The notes under the pieces: model-generated
The model's database searches: none
The model's input: the letters and a program-made list of their open reading frames with translations, nothing else
Told to the model about the DNA's origin: nothing
Virus record (IMG/VR): IMGVR_UViG_3300025018_000006
Coordinates: 16,515-80,514 of that record
Strand: one strand, 5' to 3'
Length of the DNA stretch: 64,000 nt
Source of the DNA: a virus
Shown here: in pieces, positions 1 to 10,171 of the stretch
How the letters are laid out: each line of letters opens with the position of its first letter
How positions within the stretch are numbered: the stretch's first letter is position 1
Made by a program: the position numbers and the translations under genes

Positions 1-1065
1 TGGGGTATAGAAAACTTCCTTTGGACTTACTTTAATGTCAGTTCCTCCATTATCTTTTTTAGCATGAGTTTGATCATCCCATCCAAGATAAGTTTTTCCT
101 ATTTCCATTCCAATATCTGAATTTTCAGCAGGAACGATAAATGATCCATTTTCAGCTTTCATGTTTACATTATCTGATTTAGGCCCACCTTTACCGGTTA
201 TTTTACCACCTTCTTTATATCCTGATGCAGTTATATAATCAGCGTGCTCTTTAGTCTTTCCTGCAGACCATTTAGCTGTTGCTGCTTCAATTTCTTTATC
301 TTTTGCTTTTTTATTGAACATACTACCTATTCCTGATACGATAGCACCAACACCTGCTCCAATAGCAGCTCCAACCGGACCACCCGCGGCACCGATAGCG
401 GCTCCTTTACCTGCTCCTGAAAGTATTGAAGATCCAGTATCTAAGGAATTTGCTTTTTTTAATGTTGAGGCAGGATCGTAACGGCTATCTTGATTATTTA
501 AAAGAGTATTTTTCCTACTATCAAGTATTCCTGATCCTAAATCAGTAACCATCCCTATACCACCATCAACAAAACCTGAAACTAACTTATCTTTATCTTT
601 TGAAGCAGCAATTTCTTCTTCAGTCATTACCTCGGCAACCGGTCCGCCATCAACATATTTTGGCCGAGAAATAAGATTTGGAAATTTATTCTTAGCTTCA
701 TCTGAAGTCATTGTTTTTAAATTTCCTTTAGCATCTCTTTTTGTTGGATGCACCCATGTATCTGAATCCTTATAATATTCCCAACCTCCTGAATTTAAAG
801 GAGTATATCTCTTATCACCTGTTGCTGTAATTTCATTCTCTTTTAGAGCATTCATCTTTTCATATTCAGCTAATGCTCTTTTAGTTTTAGGCCCAATTAT
901 ACCATCGACTTGTCCATCCTGATATAATCCATAAGATTTAAGTTTTTTCTGAAGATTTTTATTCTCAATATCAGCAGATGACATTACCGTAAGCTCAGGT
1001 ATATTATACATAGTAGGTTTCCTACTTGTAGTTTTTTTAGTTGTTGGTTTTTCTTTTGTTGCCAT
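1..1065 (-). CDS. Virion cargo/ejection protein (partial, runs off left edge) with N-terminal peptidoglycan-binding motif and glycine-zipper helix
   Basis: Not in the ORF track. Translated by hand from ATG at 1065: MATKEKPT...LQKKLKSYGLYQDGQVDGIIGPKTKRAL (PG_binding_1-like), GAGKGAAIGAAGGPVGAAIGAGVGAIVSGIG, and YVDGG/YKEGG motifs. It follows the muzzle gene, as in crAss-like phages. Confidence 0.7.
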   Translation of the reverse strand, partial: MATKEKPTTKKTTSRKPTMYNIPELTVMSSADIENKNLQKKLKSYGLYQDGQVDGIIGPKTKRALAEYEKMNALKENEITATGDKRYTPLNSGGWEYYKDSDTWVHPTKRDAKGNLKTMTSDEAKNKFPNLISRPKYVDGGPVAEVMTEEEIAASKDKDKLVSGFVDGGIGMVTDLGSGILDSRKNTLLNNQDSRYDPASTLKKANSLDTGSSILSGAGKGAAIGAAGGPVGAAIGAGVGAIVSGIGSMFNKKAKDKEIEAATAKWSAGKTKEHADYITASGYKEGGKITGKGGPKSDNVNMKAENGSFIVPAENSDIGMEIGKTYLGWDDQTHAKKDNGGTDIKVSPKEVFYTP

Positions 1066-1066
1066 T

Positions 1067-4000
1067 TTATATCATTTTTCTGAAATACGTTTTCAATTCC
1101 TCAAACCATATAGAAGTTGTACTGTAATTAATAAACTTCATTTTTATATATCCACCAGACAATCTTTCTCTTTCTATCCTTGGAAAGTTACCATAATATC
1201 TTTTATTTCTAAACTTAATATTTCGCGAATTGTTTATTAAATCAGATACAGAAGCTCCTAATTGATCTTCATACACAAGTTGTTTAAATGTATCCTGACT
1301 TGATATAAATTCAAAATTATCATAAATAATAGGAAGATTAGACTGCTCCTTAACAATGATTTCAAAGTATTGATTATAAAAAACTCCATGATACATACCT
1401 GGACTTCCTATTCCGTGTTGATGAATATTATTTAAATTATCATCGATTGAATAAAGGTAGTCTTTCCAATTGAAATAACGCCTTACTTTAAAATCAAAGA
1501 ATCCTATAAATTTATTCTTCTTAATATTATAACAAATAGTTTCAAATAACTCACCCGGCATTCTAAAGGTAACAAAAATTAATTTATTACGAATATCAAA
1601 CCCTCCTACTATACCAAAATTAATATTTGGAGAAGTGAAGTCATATTGATCCATATTATTTGGAATATCATTTACAAAGAAGCTGTCAAGTCCTTTTGCA
1701 ATAGAATCATGTGAGAATTGAAGATTATTTGCTATACTAACAAATACTTTTCTTACAGCATCATACCAATGAAATCCTGCATTAGATTCTACTAAACCAA
1801 ATTGATTACTATTTCCAAGTTTATCAATCATCTCATCATATCTTTCAAAAATACCACCAACACCTAATTGTACCGGATCTCCAAATTGATTTGTAGATAA
1901 AGCTCTTTCATTTATAGGAATATAACCAACAGCATCTCTTTGCCAGTATATTACTTTACTGAATTTACTTTTAATATTTGTAATTGATCCATATTCAGTA
2001 GACACATCCATATAATTTAATGCGCTGAATTTTCTAAAATTATCTTCCAGCTCACCATATGATTTAGCTGCAGAATATCTCATCCTTGCATCAAACTTAT
2101 TTTCAAGCCTGAAATTATATGGTAACGCTAAATAATAATCATCAATATTATCTGATGAATAACCATCATTGTAATTAAAATCATCCCAATTATGACCTTT
2201 AGTAGAATTTCTCCTCATACCATCAGTATTGCTAGTGTCATAACTTCTATTTTTAGCAATATGATCTCCTTCACGATAATCAAGATTGATGCGTGTTTCT
2301 ATCGGAACAATAACAGAATGATTAAAACCACTATAAACACCTAATCTATCTTCATTTTTAAGCATATGCATAAAATCAAACATACACACATAAGTATCTC
2401 CACCATAAATATCAATGTCATTGAAGATATAATTAGCTCCATCATAAATATCATTCAAAACATCATCATTTATTTCTTGATAATGACCGGTTCCAATATA
2501 AAGAGTATTTGCTAAAGCAGAATCACCAAGGCCGCCGTATGGATTGCTATTCTCTCTAAAAACACTACACATTAAAAGTTGAGGATTTGACCAGGATAAA
2601 TTATGCTTTCCTTTAATATTTGTTCCAGAAGCCTCGAGTTCATCAAAAATAATTATACCTTGACGAGTAGCATGAGATCTAAGTCCTGCAAATGTTGTTT
2701 CATCAAAAAATAATTTATTAGCATTTGATGGATCAATAACTATTCCATCTACAGCAGAAGCATCACCAATTTGATATTTAGTATAAACGCTTACTTCATG
2801 CTCTTCAAGCAATTCTCCGTTTGTTCCGGCACCAGTATCATCAGTGTAATATAAAAATTTCTGATACAAACAATAACTATCAGATTCTTCTCTGCCCATT
2901 CCATTAAAATTAACTTGTTCAGATTCATCTGCAACACATGGAGTTAAATAATATTCATTTCTTATTTTATCTCCGGGCTGAATAGAGAATCCTGTAAAAT
3001 TAAACATATCTTCCGGACACCAAAAAGAGTAACCTTTATCATAAAGATCAGCATCAGAATCTACATTTCTAAAAGGAGCTTTTACTTTTATATCATTAGA
3101 TGAAGCACCTTCTGCTATCATTCCATTAAGAACACCATAAGCAACTCGCTGCCTTTCTATTGGGGCTCTAACGATAGAGAATCCTCCTATCTTATCTTTA
3201 ATATCAGTAATATCAATCCCACTTACTCTTATTCCTAATGAACTTCCAACTATTGCTTTAGGTATATCACTAACTAAACTTTCCCATATAGCATAATGAG
3301 TTTGTGATAATCCGCCATAAGTTGATCCATCACCTGGAGGAGAACTTGTAAAATCTCCCGGGCCAATATTGTATAATCCACCAAAAGAAGTTTCAGTATT
3401 ATATAAATGTCTGGTAAAAAAAGGCCTTCCGGTTTTATCAAAGAAAGTAACTCCTAAACGTACTGTTTCACCTCTTGGATAACCTCTGAAATTATTGACA
3501 AAATATGGATTTTTGAAATTATAATAATCATTATAAATTTCTTTTGTCTCAGAAACATTTGTGTTTAAATCAAAAGCACCAGCTGATGCCGGTCTGTATT
3601 TTGACTTAAATGTTATTGGCTTTGCTGATCCAGTAGTTAAATCAACTACATCAAGCACCATTTCAAGTTTAAATATATTTCCAGCAGGTATTGTTCTGGT
3701 ACCCATTGCACCATCGTCAAAAGTACATTCTGTTACTGCTTTATAATAAATAAACGGATAAAGATCTCCAACAGAAGCCATTTCGGTCATTCCGTTTTTG
3801 ATTGCAGATAAAGCTTTGTTTCCGGTTGACCACGAGTTGCCAGGATAACCAGTTGAATCAAGCATTAAACCATGCCTTATTGGTTCCATAGTAACTTCCA
3901 TCTCATTGTTTTTACCCTCACTATGAACTCCGGAAACATCAATTTCTTCTCTTTCTTTTATATTAGCGAATATGTTTCTTTTTTTAATATGAGCCATATC

Positions 4001-4942
4001 CTTGCAAGTCTCAATAACGACAGTTGTTTCAAGTAAATCGTCAATAGTTACTGTGCCAAGATTCTCATTCCCGAGATAATCTAAAGTCATTGAAGTTCCA
4101 GATATATCTCCATCATAAAAAATAACTCCTGCCTGAGCTGAATTATAATCATTTGAATAAAAAGCTGCTACCTGAATTGAATCATAATCTGTATCAAGAT
4201 CAGATAATACTATTCTTATTTTCTTTGAAGTTACTTCATTCGGAGCAGCTCCTTGCATTTCCTGATAAGCATCATAAGTTATCATTACAGCAGTTTCTAA
4301 TACAGGAACTCCTGAAGATAAATATGACCAATCAGTATAATATCCTTCTTTAAATAATCTCCATGCAAAAAAATGAATACCTGCTTTACAATTACCGCCA
4401 GCTACTAATGAATCGAAAGTAAATGTTCCATACCCGGGATCTATTATTGGAAAGAAATTTGCAAATTTTTCTTCGATAGTTACCCTGTTATCATCTTTTA
4501 CGTTAATAACTCTTGGTGGATTAAAATTGTCTGTCCAATAGATTCTCTGCACCTTATCATTTTCGTAAAACCCGAATATTGCTCTTATTGGATGATCAAG
4601 GCTTAAGTTTAATTCAGTGTTAGATCCTTCCCATCTATTTTCCAAAGAAGTGAAATCACCAGTTTCATCATATAAAGCTTCGTAAATAACTACATAATCT
4701 TCAACTATATTAAGAACAATTAAAAAAAGTCTTTCTCTGATCCAACAATTAGCCATTATATTATCGTTTGGATCTAATTCAAAAATTAAACTCGTTCCAT
4801 TAAGATTGGCCCACACATGACTTCCATCTTCAAGATCAGTAATAATACCATTACGATTATCACGCATAGTATTTACCGGCTGATTGAATGGATTGAAATC
4901 TAAATGCAATCCTTCACTGACTTTATTTTTGATTGGTTCCAT
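1067..4942 (-). CDS. Tail stabilization/muzzle protein (crAss-like Tstab)
   Basis: 1291 aa; IYWTDNFNPPRVIN motif; position after ring and IHF genes. Confidence 0.8.
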   Translation of the reverse strand: MEPIKNKVSEGLHLDFNPFNQPVNTMRDNRNGIITDLEDGSHVWANLNGTSLIFELDPNDNIMANCWIRERLFLIVLNIVEDYVVIYEALYDETGDFTSLENRWEGSNTELNLSLDHPIRAIFGFYENDKVQRIYWTDNFNPPRVINVKDDNRVTIEEKFANFFPIIDPGYGTFTFDSLVAGGNCKAGIHFFAWRLFKEGYYTDWSYLSSGVPVLETAVMITYDAYQEMQGAAPNEVTSKKIRIVLSDLDTDYDSIQVAAFYSNDYNSAQAGVIFYDGDISGTSMTLDYLGNENLGTVTIDDLLETTVVIETCKDMAHIKKRNIFANIKEREEIDVSGVHSEGKNNEMEVTMEPIRHGLMLDSTGYPGNSWSTGNKALSAIKNGMTEMASVGDLYPFIYYKAVTECTFDDGAMGTRTIPAGNIFKLEMVLDVVDLTTGSAKPITFKSKYRPASAGAFDLNTNVSETKEIYNDYYNFKNPYFVNNFRGYPRGETVRLGVTFFDKTGRPFFTRHLYNTETSFGGLYNIGPGDFTSSPPGDGSTYGGLSQTHYAIWESLVSDIPKAIVGSSLGIRVSGIDITDIKDKIGGFSIVRAPIERQRVAYGVLNGMIAEGASSNDIKVKAPFRNVDSDADLYDKGYSFWCPEDMFNFTGFSIQPGDKIRNEYYLTPCVADESEQVNFNGMGREESDSYCLYQKFLYYTDDTGAGTNGELLEEHEVSVYTKYQIGDASAVDGIVIDPSNANKLFFDETTFAGLRSHATRQGIIIFDELEASGTNIKGKHNLSWSNPQLLMCSVFRENSNPYGGLGDSALANTLYIGTGHYQEINDDVLNDIYDGANYIFNDIDIYGGDTYVCMFDFMHMLKNEDRLGVYSGFNHSVIVPIETRINLDYREGDHIAKNRSYDTSNTDGMRRNSTKGHNWDDFNYNDGYSSDNIDDYYLALPYNFRLENKFDARMRYSAAKSYGELEDNFRKFSALNYMDVSTEYGSITNIKSKFSKVIYWQRDAVGYIPINERALSTNQFGDPVQLGVGGIFERYDEMIDKLGNSNQFGLVESNAGFHWYDAVRKVFVSIANNLQFSHDSIAKGLDSFFVNDIPNNMDQYDFTSPNINFGIVGGFDIRNKLIFVTFRMPGELFETICYNIKKNKFIGFFDFKVRRYFNWKDYLYSIDDNLNNIHQHGIGSPGMYHGVFYNQYFEIIVKEQSNLPIIYDNFEFISSQDTFKQLVYEDQLGASVSDLINNSRNIKFRNKRYYGNFPRIERERLSGGYIKMKFINYSTTSIWFEELKTYFRKMI

Positions 4943-5625
4943 TAATATTGAGTCTTTTCAAAAGGTGTCTCTTTTCCATCTTCTGCCCTGGCACTTCTTA
5001 CAGCTATTGAATAATCTCTTTTTAAATCTTCAATAGTAGCTAAATGACCTTGACGTAACATTTTATCACTTTTAAATAATTTCCAACGAAACTTCCGAGC
5101 ATACATATATTGAATGTATTTTGATATTGCATCAATATGAGATTCATTGACTTTCCAAAATCCTTTCTCATCAGTTTCAATATAATTGTAAACAAGTGTC
5201 AATTCCTGATTTTCATACTCTTTTATTAAATGAAGTTCATCAGTAATTTCTTCATAAATTATTGGACTTACCCATGTAGTATTTAAAGGAATCCACAGAT
5301 AAGATAAATCACGACCATATACATCTGCACCAATAATATCTTCTTCCTGAATAACCGGAGTTGTAATATCGCGATATTGAGTATTACATTCATCTTCATG
5401 ATCACCCGGGAACATTCCTATAACGCGATAACAATCCTCTGGTAATATAATTTTACATCCGGTAACAGTAAATAGCTTAGATTTGACTTTATAGCCATTT
5501 AATGATCCAATCTCTCTCTCAATATACTTTGCCCACTTGAGCATCTGATTAGGATACCTACCAAGAACTTCATCAGTTTCCTCGATGGCATTAATCATTG
5601 CTTGTCTTATAGATAGTCTTTTCAT
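4942..5625 (-). CDS. Tail tubular/ring protein
   Basis: 227 aa directly upstream of muzzle; conserved crAss-like synteny. Confidence 0.65.
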   Translation of the reverse strand: MKRLSIRQAMINAIEETDEVLGRYPNQMLKWAKYIEREIGSLNGYKVKSKLFTVTGCKIILPEDCYRVIGMFPGDHEDECNTQYRDITTPVIQEEDIIGADVYGRDLSYLWIPLNTTWVSPIIYEEITDELHLIKEYENQELTLVYNYIETDEKGFWKVNESHIDAISKYIQYMYARKFRWKLFKSDKMLRQGHLATIEDLKRDYSIAVRSARAEDGKETPFEKTQY

Positions 5626-6008
5626 GATTTATTAAGTTCGTAAACGGTATCTGAATCTAAAATATATCCTAATTTTCTAATTATTTTCTGATTTGGATAA
5701 AAATAAAAATGATCAGGAAACTTCTTACCTGTAAATTTAAGTGTAAACATAGGTCCAAACAACCTATTACTTAAAAAATATCTTTTCTTTTCATCTTCAC
5801 TTAATCCTCTCACCGGTTCTTTATGCAGGGCAAACATTCCAACTGTTCGTATTTTAATAGGATAACCATTAATAGCTGCTCTAATCATCCAATAAATATA
5901 TATCCAAATAACTAACCTAAATTCTTTTGCTGTCCAGGTAATTTTATCTGGCTTATTACTGAGCTTTTTCTCGCATCTATCTTTGATTTCTTTGAACTCC
6001 CTGCTCAT
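5622..6008 (-). CDS. IHF/HU-like DNA-binding protein
   Basis: GYPIKIRTVGMFAL HU-like strand; sits between ring genes as in crAss-like phages. Confidence 0.55.
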   Translation of the reverse strand: MSREFKEIKDRCEKKLSNKPDKITWTAKEFRLVIWIYIYWMIRAAINGYPIKIRTVGMFALHKEPVRGLSEDEKKRYFLSNRLFGPMFTLKFTGKKFPDHFYFYPNQKIIRKLGYILDSDTVYELNKS

Positions 6009-6672
6009 TTTTCATTAATTTAAAATCTCTTTGTGAATCATTTACAACATCCATAATAGCATTTTCACTAATTTGAAGATCTTTAGTGAGTAGATCAATT
6101 ACAGCTTTTTGAGCTAAAATAGGATCAAGAGGATATTGATCTGCAAAAGTCATATCTCTTAAAACTCCACCATCATTTATCTTGATATCCATTGGATTAT
6201 CTGCAATTATTATTGCTGATCCTTCCATTATATAAGGAGTGATATATACTGCATTTCCAACTCTTGAATAATAACCATAACCTTCATTTTTTTCTTCTCC
6301 TATTTCAGATTTCATCATTAACCGGTTAAAGTCGCAAGGTTCAAATTGCATAATAGCCGATGACCCGGCAAGACGATAAAGACCAATATCATCTGGTAAA
6401 TTTACTAAAGATGGAAGGATAGCCTTTCCAAGATCAATACTGTTGTAAGTTATATTAGGATCATCAGCAGCACTTGTTTTTTCAAAAGCAAATTTATATA
6501 CTCTCTGAAGCCAAGATGGATCAATCTGATTAGTCATAGAGTATTCGCTAGAAATATGGAATGCCCGATAACGATTCATTTTATGAAGTATCCACATTTC
6601 TTCAATATCAGAATCATCTTCAATAGCTCCCTTGATTTCTAAAATATCGTATATTATTTCTTCGAAGGTCAT
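5977..6672 (-). CDS. Tail ring protein
   Basis: 231 aa, MTFEEIIYDI start, YPLD near C-terminus; synteny. Confidence 0.6.
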   Translation of the reverse strand: MTFEEIIYDILEIKGAIEDDSDIEEMWILHKMNRYRAFHISSEYSMTNQIDPSWLQRVYKFAFEKTSAADDPNITYNSIDLGKAILPSLVNLPDDIGLYRLAGSSAIMQFEPCDFNRLMMKSEIGEEKNEGYGYYSRVGNAVYITPYIMEGSAIIIADNPMDIKINDGGVLRDMTFADQYPLDPILAQKAVIDLLTKDLQISENAIMDVVNDSQRDFKLMKNEQGVQRNQR

Positions 6673-7418
6673 AATGCTAAAATTAAAACTATTATTATTC
6701 CAATTGCTGTCATTGTTTTATAAACAATAAGCCTACGCTTCAACTGTTTATTATTATCCTTATAAATATCTTCTTTTTTAGCATAATTTTCAATTATTTT
6801 CTCACTATTCATGCTTTTATTTTGATAAATCATCATACTTGATTGAAGACTGTTGTAAATAGAATCTTTAACCGAAACTATTTGTTCACAATTTGCAAGT
6901 TGAGAGTTCATAGTATCTATTAAAAATTCATAAACTTTATTCTCTTCATATGATTTACGGATACCTTTCACCTGAGGTTCATTAAATGGAAATTTTAATT
7001 CTCCTGAATATGGATAAGCTGTATCTTTTAAAAATTCATAACTTTTCTCAGTAGGTATTTTCAGTAACCATGTTGGTATATCAGCTAATTTTTTTTTCAA
7101 ATTCTTATTTTCAATAGCTAATGTCTTTTTTTCAAACAATAATGAATCTAATGATTTTTTATAAGTATTACGTAAATCTTGTTCTGCTAAAAGTTTTTCA
7201 GTTAATTCTTTATTGTCTTTTAGAAGAATATCATTACGAACATTTAATCCGGTAATCCTTTCAACCATATTATTCATCTTATTACTGTCAATACCATTTT
7301 GAATAGCAGATATAATAAACATTAAAACTAACACAATTATACCAATGGTTTTAATTCGACTAAGATTTGAATTAATCCAATCAAGACCTTTACCTATATT
7401 TATGTTTAATCTATTCAT
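6669..7418 (-). CDS. Spanin-like coiled-coil membrane protein
   Basis: N- and C-terminal hydrophobic helices flanking a coiled coil; lysis region. Confidence 0.5.
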   Translation of the reverse strand: MNRLNINIGKGLDWINSNLSRIKTIGIIVLVLMFIISAIQNGIDSNKMNNMVERITGLNVRNDILLKDNKELTEKLLAEQDLRNTYKKSLDSLLFEKKTLAIENKNLKKKLADIPTWLLKIPTEKSYEFLKDTAYPYSGELKFPFNEPQVKGIRKSYEENKVYEFLIDTMNSQLANCEQIVSVKDSIYNSLQSSMMIYQNKSMNSEKIIENYAKKEDIYKDNNKQLKRRLIVYKTMTAIGIIIVLILAL

Positions 7419-7502
7419 ATCGTTTTAATTTAATACTTTCTCATGAAAGTGATGTATAATCCGAGTATTGCTAATAACCATATCATAGTTTTAAGTTTTT
7501 AA

Positions 7503-7859
7503 TTATAAATCGTCAAATTCCATTTTATTAAACCAGCAGTCTGTTGTAGCTGTAATAGCAATTGAAAATTCCTCAATCCAATTATTCTCATCAAAAAACA
7601 CAGGTATTTTTAAATATGTATAATCTGCTAATGTATATCGTGTTGCTGCTGAACCAGTAAACCCATAAGCATAATTTCTTTGTATGTAAACATCAAATGT
7701 TCCTTTTGCGTACATTCTTAAATACTTTTTCCCACTTTTTCTTAATCGTATATTTGGCGATATTGTTCCTTTAACTTTATATGAATCAAAAACACCCATA
7801 ATATCAGTGATTGAATTTTCTACTATTGCAACATAGGGATTATCTATTCTTATACTCAT
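7503..7859 (-). CDS. Hypothetical protein (possibly a fibre-gene fragment)
   Basis: 118-aa ORF with ATGA overlap to upstream ORF. Confidence 0.45.
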   Translation of the reverse strand: MSIRIDNPYVAIVENSITDIMGVFDSYKVKGTISPNIRLRKSGKKYLRMYAKGTFDVYIQRNYAYGFTGSAATRYTLADYTYLKIPVFFDENNWIEEFSIAITATTDCWFNKMEFDDL

Positions 7860-8182
7860 TGCCCCAGACTTTCACGCCAAAAAATAACGACATCACCGGG
7901 CTTAGGATTAAAAATACGTTCTCCAATATTTAGCCAGCTTCTGGCATCCAGAGCATTACTCATTGAGCAGCCTACCTGAAAGGCCACCCAGTTAATAAAG
8001 CAGCTGCACCATGAAGTTTCATCATCTTTAATCCATTCAAATCCAATATCTTTGAACATTTGAACGATAATTGGATTGTGCTTATCTCCTACGATTTCCT
8101 GCAAACCTATATATTGAGATGCAAATCTAATCATTGCCTCTGGAGGTAGTAATTTCCTGGTATTGTATTGAAGAGCGTTCAT
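7856..8182 (-). pseudogene. Truncated TIGR02594-type NlpC/P60 endolysin
   Basis: DDETSWC and PGDVVIFWR present, but it stops before the GHVG catalytic His; paralogue of 13750-14280. Confidence 0.75.
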
Positions 8183-8185
8183 AGT

Positions 8186-8782
8186 TTATTTAATTTTTAT
8201 ACTGTTTAACAGATTCAAAATATTATTATGCTCTGCGTTTACAATAGCTTTCTGCTCTGCGTTAAGCGATGTTTTGTTTATAAAGTTCACACTTATGAAA
8301 GCTTCTTCCTCTCCGTTTAGCTGCCTTATAATAAATAAATAAACACTTTTATGACCATACCTTTTAGCATCCACCTTGAACTTTTCATCGCTGCAATAAT
8401 CAATGTCAGAAACAAAAAATTCACCCATATACATTAATTGGCTCATAGCATCTGAATACCTCTCGATAAGTACCCCTGTGCATTCGTCTTGTATGGATTT
8501 AGTCCTGTTCGGATTATAGAGTTCGTTAACACAAGTAAATCGGTTCATGTCGAATTTATTCCGGTAGTGTCCACCGTTATGAAATCTGAACAGGCTTACA
8601 TTATCAGCCTTCAACTCTGTTTTTATAGAGAAAAGGATCTTGTTAATGTTCCTCGAAAGGATCGCATTGTCAAGGATTGACATTTTTTTTGTAAGTGCCT
8701 TTGCACTTTTAGTTTTGTGAAAATATATCAATCCTACGGTTAACAGGACTATTATTATCAGTTGAAGGTACATAATTGTCAT
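8186..8782 (-). CDS. Holin-like protein: one TM helix plus GAF-like periplasmic domain
   Basis: N-terminal TM helix, FHNGG motif, lysis context. Confidence 0.45.
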   Translation of the reverse strand: MTIMYLQLIIIVLLTVGLIYFHKTKSAKALTKKMSILDNAILSRNINKILFSIKTELKADNVSLFRFHNGGHYRNKFDMNRFTCVNELYNPNRTKSIQDECTGVLIERYSDAMSQLMYMGEFFVSDIDYCSDEKFKVDAKRYGHKSVYLFIIRQLNGEEEAFISVNFINKTSLNAEQKAIVNAEHNNILNLLNSIKIK

Positions 8783-9216
8783 TAGTTATTATTTTTTGCG
8801 AACCCCAATTTTAATGGAGTCAAGTTTTTTTTTTCGATTAACTGTACTTCGTATCTCTCCTGATACCATTCTCTCCATTCATTAATAGCTTTTAAAGCTT
8901 CTCCCGACTTATCCTGCTTGATTAATATATCAATCTCTTTTTGAATAAGAGAATACCTGTCCTTATCGTTTACCTCTGAACTTTGCACAATGACAATCAT
9001 ACTGTCCATTCTGCATTCCATTCGATTAAAGGAGCCTTTCAATCCACCCACTTCGGTTTCGGTGTACTGCCTCAGCTCTTTCACCTCTTTGAGTATTACC
9101 TCATCAGTAACCTTCCCTGAGCCATCCTTCTGACCAGCTTTGTAGATGATTGTCCCTACCGTAATGATAACAGGGATAGAGACGTAGGATAGTATTTTTA
9201 TTAGAGATTGATTCAT
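8782..9216 (-). CDS. Membrane-anchored coiled-coil protein (lysis cassette)
   Basis: N-terminal TM helix, coiled coil. Confidence 0.45.
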   Translation of the reverse strand: MNQSLIKILSYVSIPVIITVGTIIYKAGQKDGSGKVTDEVILKEVKELRQYTETEVGGLKGSFNRMECRMDSMIVIVQSSEVNDKDRYSLIQKEIDILIKQDKSGEALKAINEWREWYQERYEVQLIEKKNLTPLKLGFAKNNN

Positions 9217-9444
9217 TTATTCTTTTGCTTTAATCTTAAAAAATCCCATAAACAATCCTTCAAGCAAACTATCCTTAGCCATAAGAAACACCCAGCCTAA
9301 AAGCATCGTTCCAACCATTTCGAGCCATGAAAAATCAATGTTCGTGTCTGGAATTCTGTTTGCTACTAACATGGCTATTGCGGTTAGCATTAGTAACGTA
9401 CCAATTATGGTAGTGATAATGTTTCTAATTAATCTTGTTTTCAT
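9217..9444 (-). CDS. Putative holin
   Basis: 75 aa, two TM helices, basic C-terminus. Confidence 0.55.
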   Translation of the reverse strand: MKTRLIRNIITTIIGTLLMLTAIAMLVANRIPDTNIDFSWLEMVGTMLLGWVFLMAKDSLLEGLFMGFFKIKAKE

Positions 9445-9520
9445 GATTTTAAATTTTAATTGTTTCTGTATAATAATTTAAAAGTCTTAGTATAAGATAT
9501 TTTTCTATGTTTTTCATCGC

Positions 9521-10126
9521 TTATAATTTCCTCCATCCAGCAGGATAAGTTGCCGGACTCCAAACATTATTATCAATTAAACTTTCATAAGTGTTCTCAT
9601 TAAACAGAACCTTATCTCCTTTCATATACGGATTAGTTGAGCCAGGTTGTACCCATTCTTCAATCACATCTGATTTTACTTTTTTCCATAATGCCAATAC
9701 CATATCAGGCTCCCAACCTATCTGAGTGATATGGCTTTGCAGACATTCATAATCTATTTCATTGTATGTTCTTACCTGACCTGCTTTCAGAACCTCGTTG
9801 CCCATCCATTCAAGCCCAGCCACATCTTCTCTGGTAACTGATCTGTAATAGTCATTCGTATAACTTACTACTTGCGATAAGTCATCCTGCAATGTAGATG
9901 CTTCCTCAATACTATATACTGTATCTGGCTCTCCCTTATCGGTAATCGGCGATGTTATCGCTGATTTAATCTTTTGCTCATCCGGTTCTCCTTTCATTAC
10001 TACCGTATCAGAAGTATAACTAATGCCATCATCATCTATTTGTATGCCATGATTAAAATGATAGTACCACCTGTCTGTACCAAGATTTTGAAAAACCGGG
10101 ATCTCTATGTCAGAATGTGTTTTCAT
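9521..10126 (-). CDS. Fibre-associated protein with two CBM5/12-like carbohydrate-binding modules
   Basis: YECLQSH...WEPD...LWK and WVQP..TNPYMKGDKV...YESLIDNNVWSP..YPAGW. Confidence 0.7.
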   Translation of the reverse strand: MKTHSDIEIPVFQNLGTDRWYYHFNHGIQIDDDGISYTSDTVVMKGEPDEQKIKSAITSPITDKGEPDTVYSIEEASTLQDDLSQVVSYTNDYYRSVTREDVAGLEWMGNEVLKAGQVRTYNEIDYECLQSHITQIGWEPDMVLALWKKVKSDVIEEWVQPGSTNPYMKGDKVLFNENTYESLIDNNVWSPATYPAGWRKL

Positions 10127-10171
10127 GTGAACTCAAAGTATTCGTTATTTTTTTGTATAATAGTAATGGTG

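Noticed and set aside
4388-4402. TTACCGCCAGC as a possible DGR template repeat
   Set aside because: Similarity to the VR ends after about 10 nt, and it lies inside the muzzle gene
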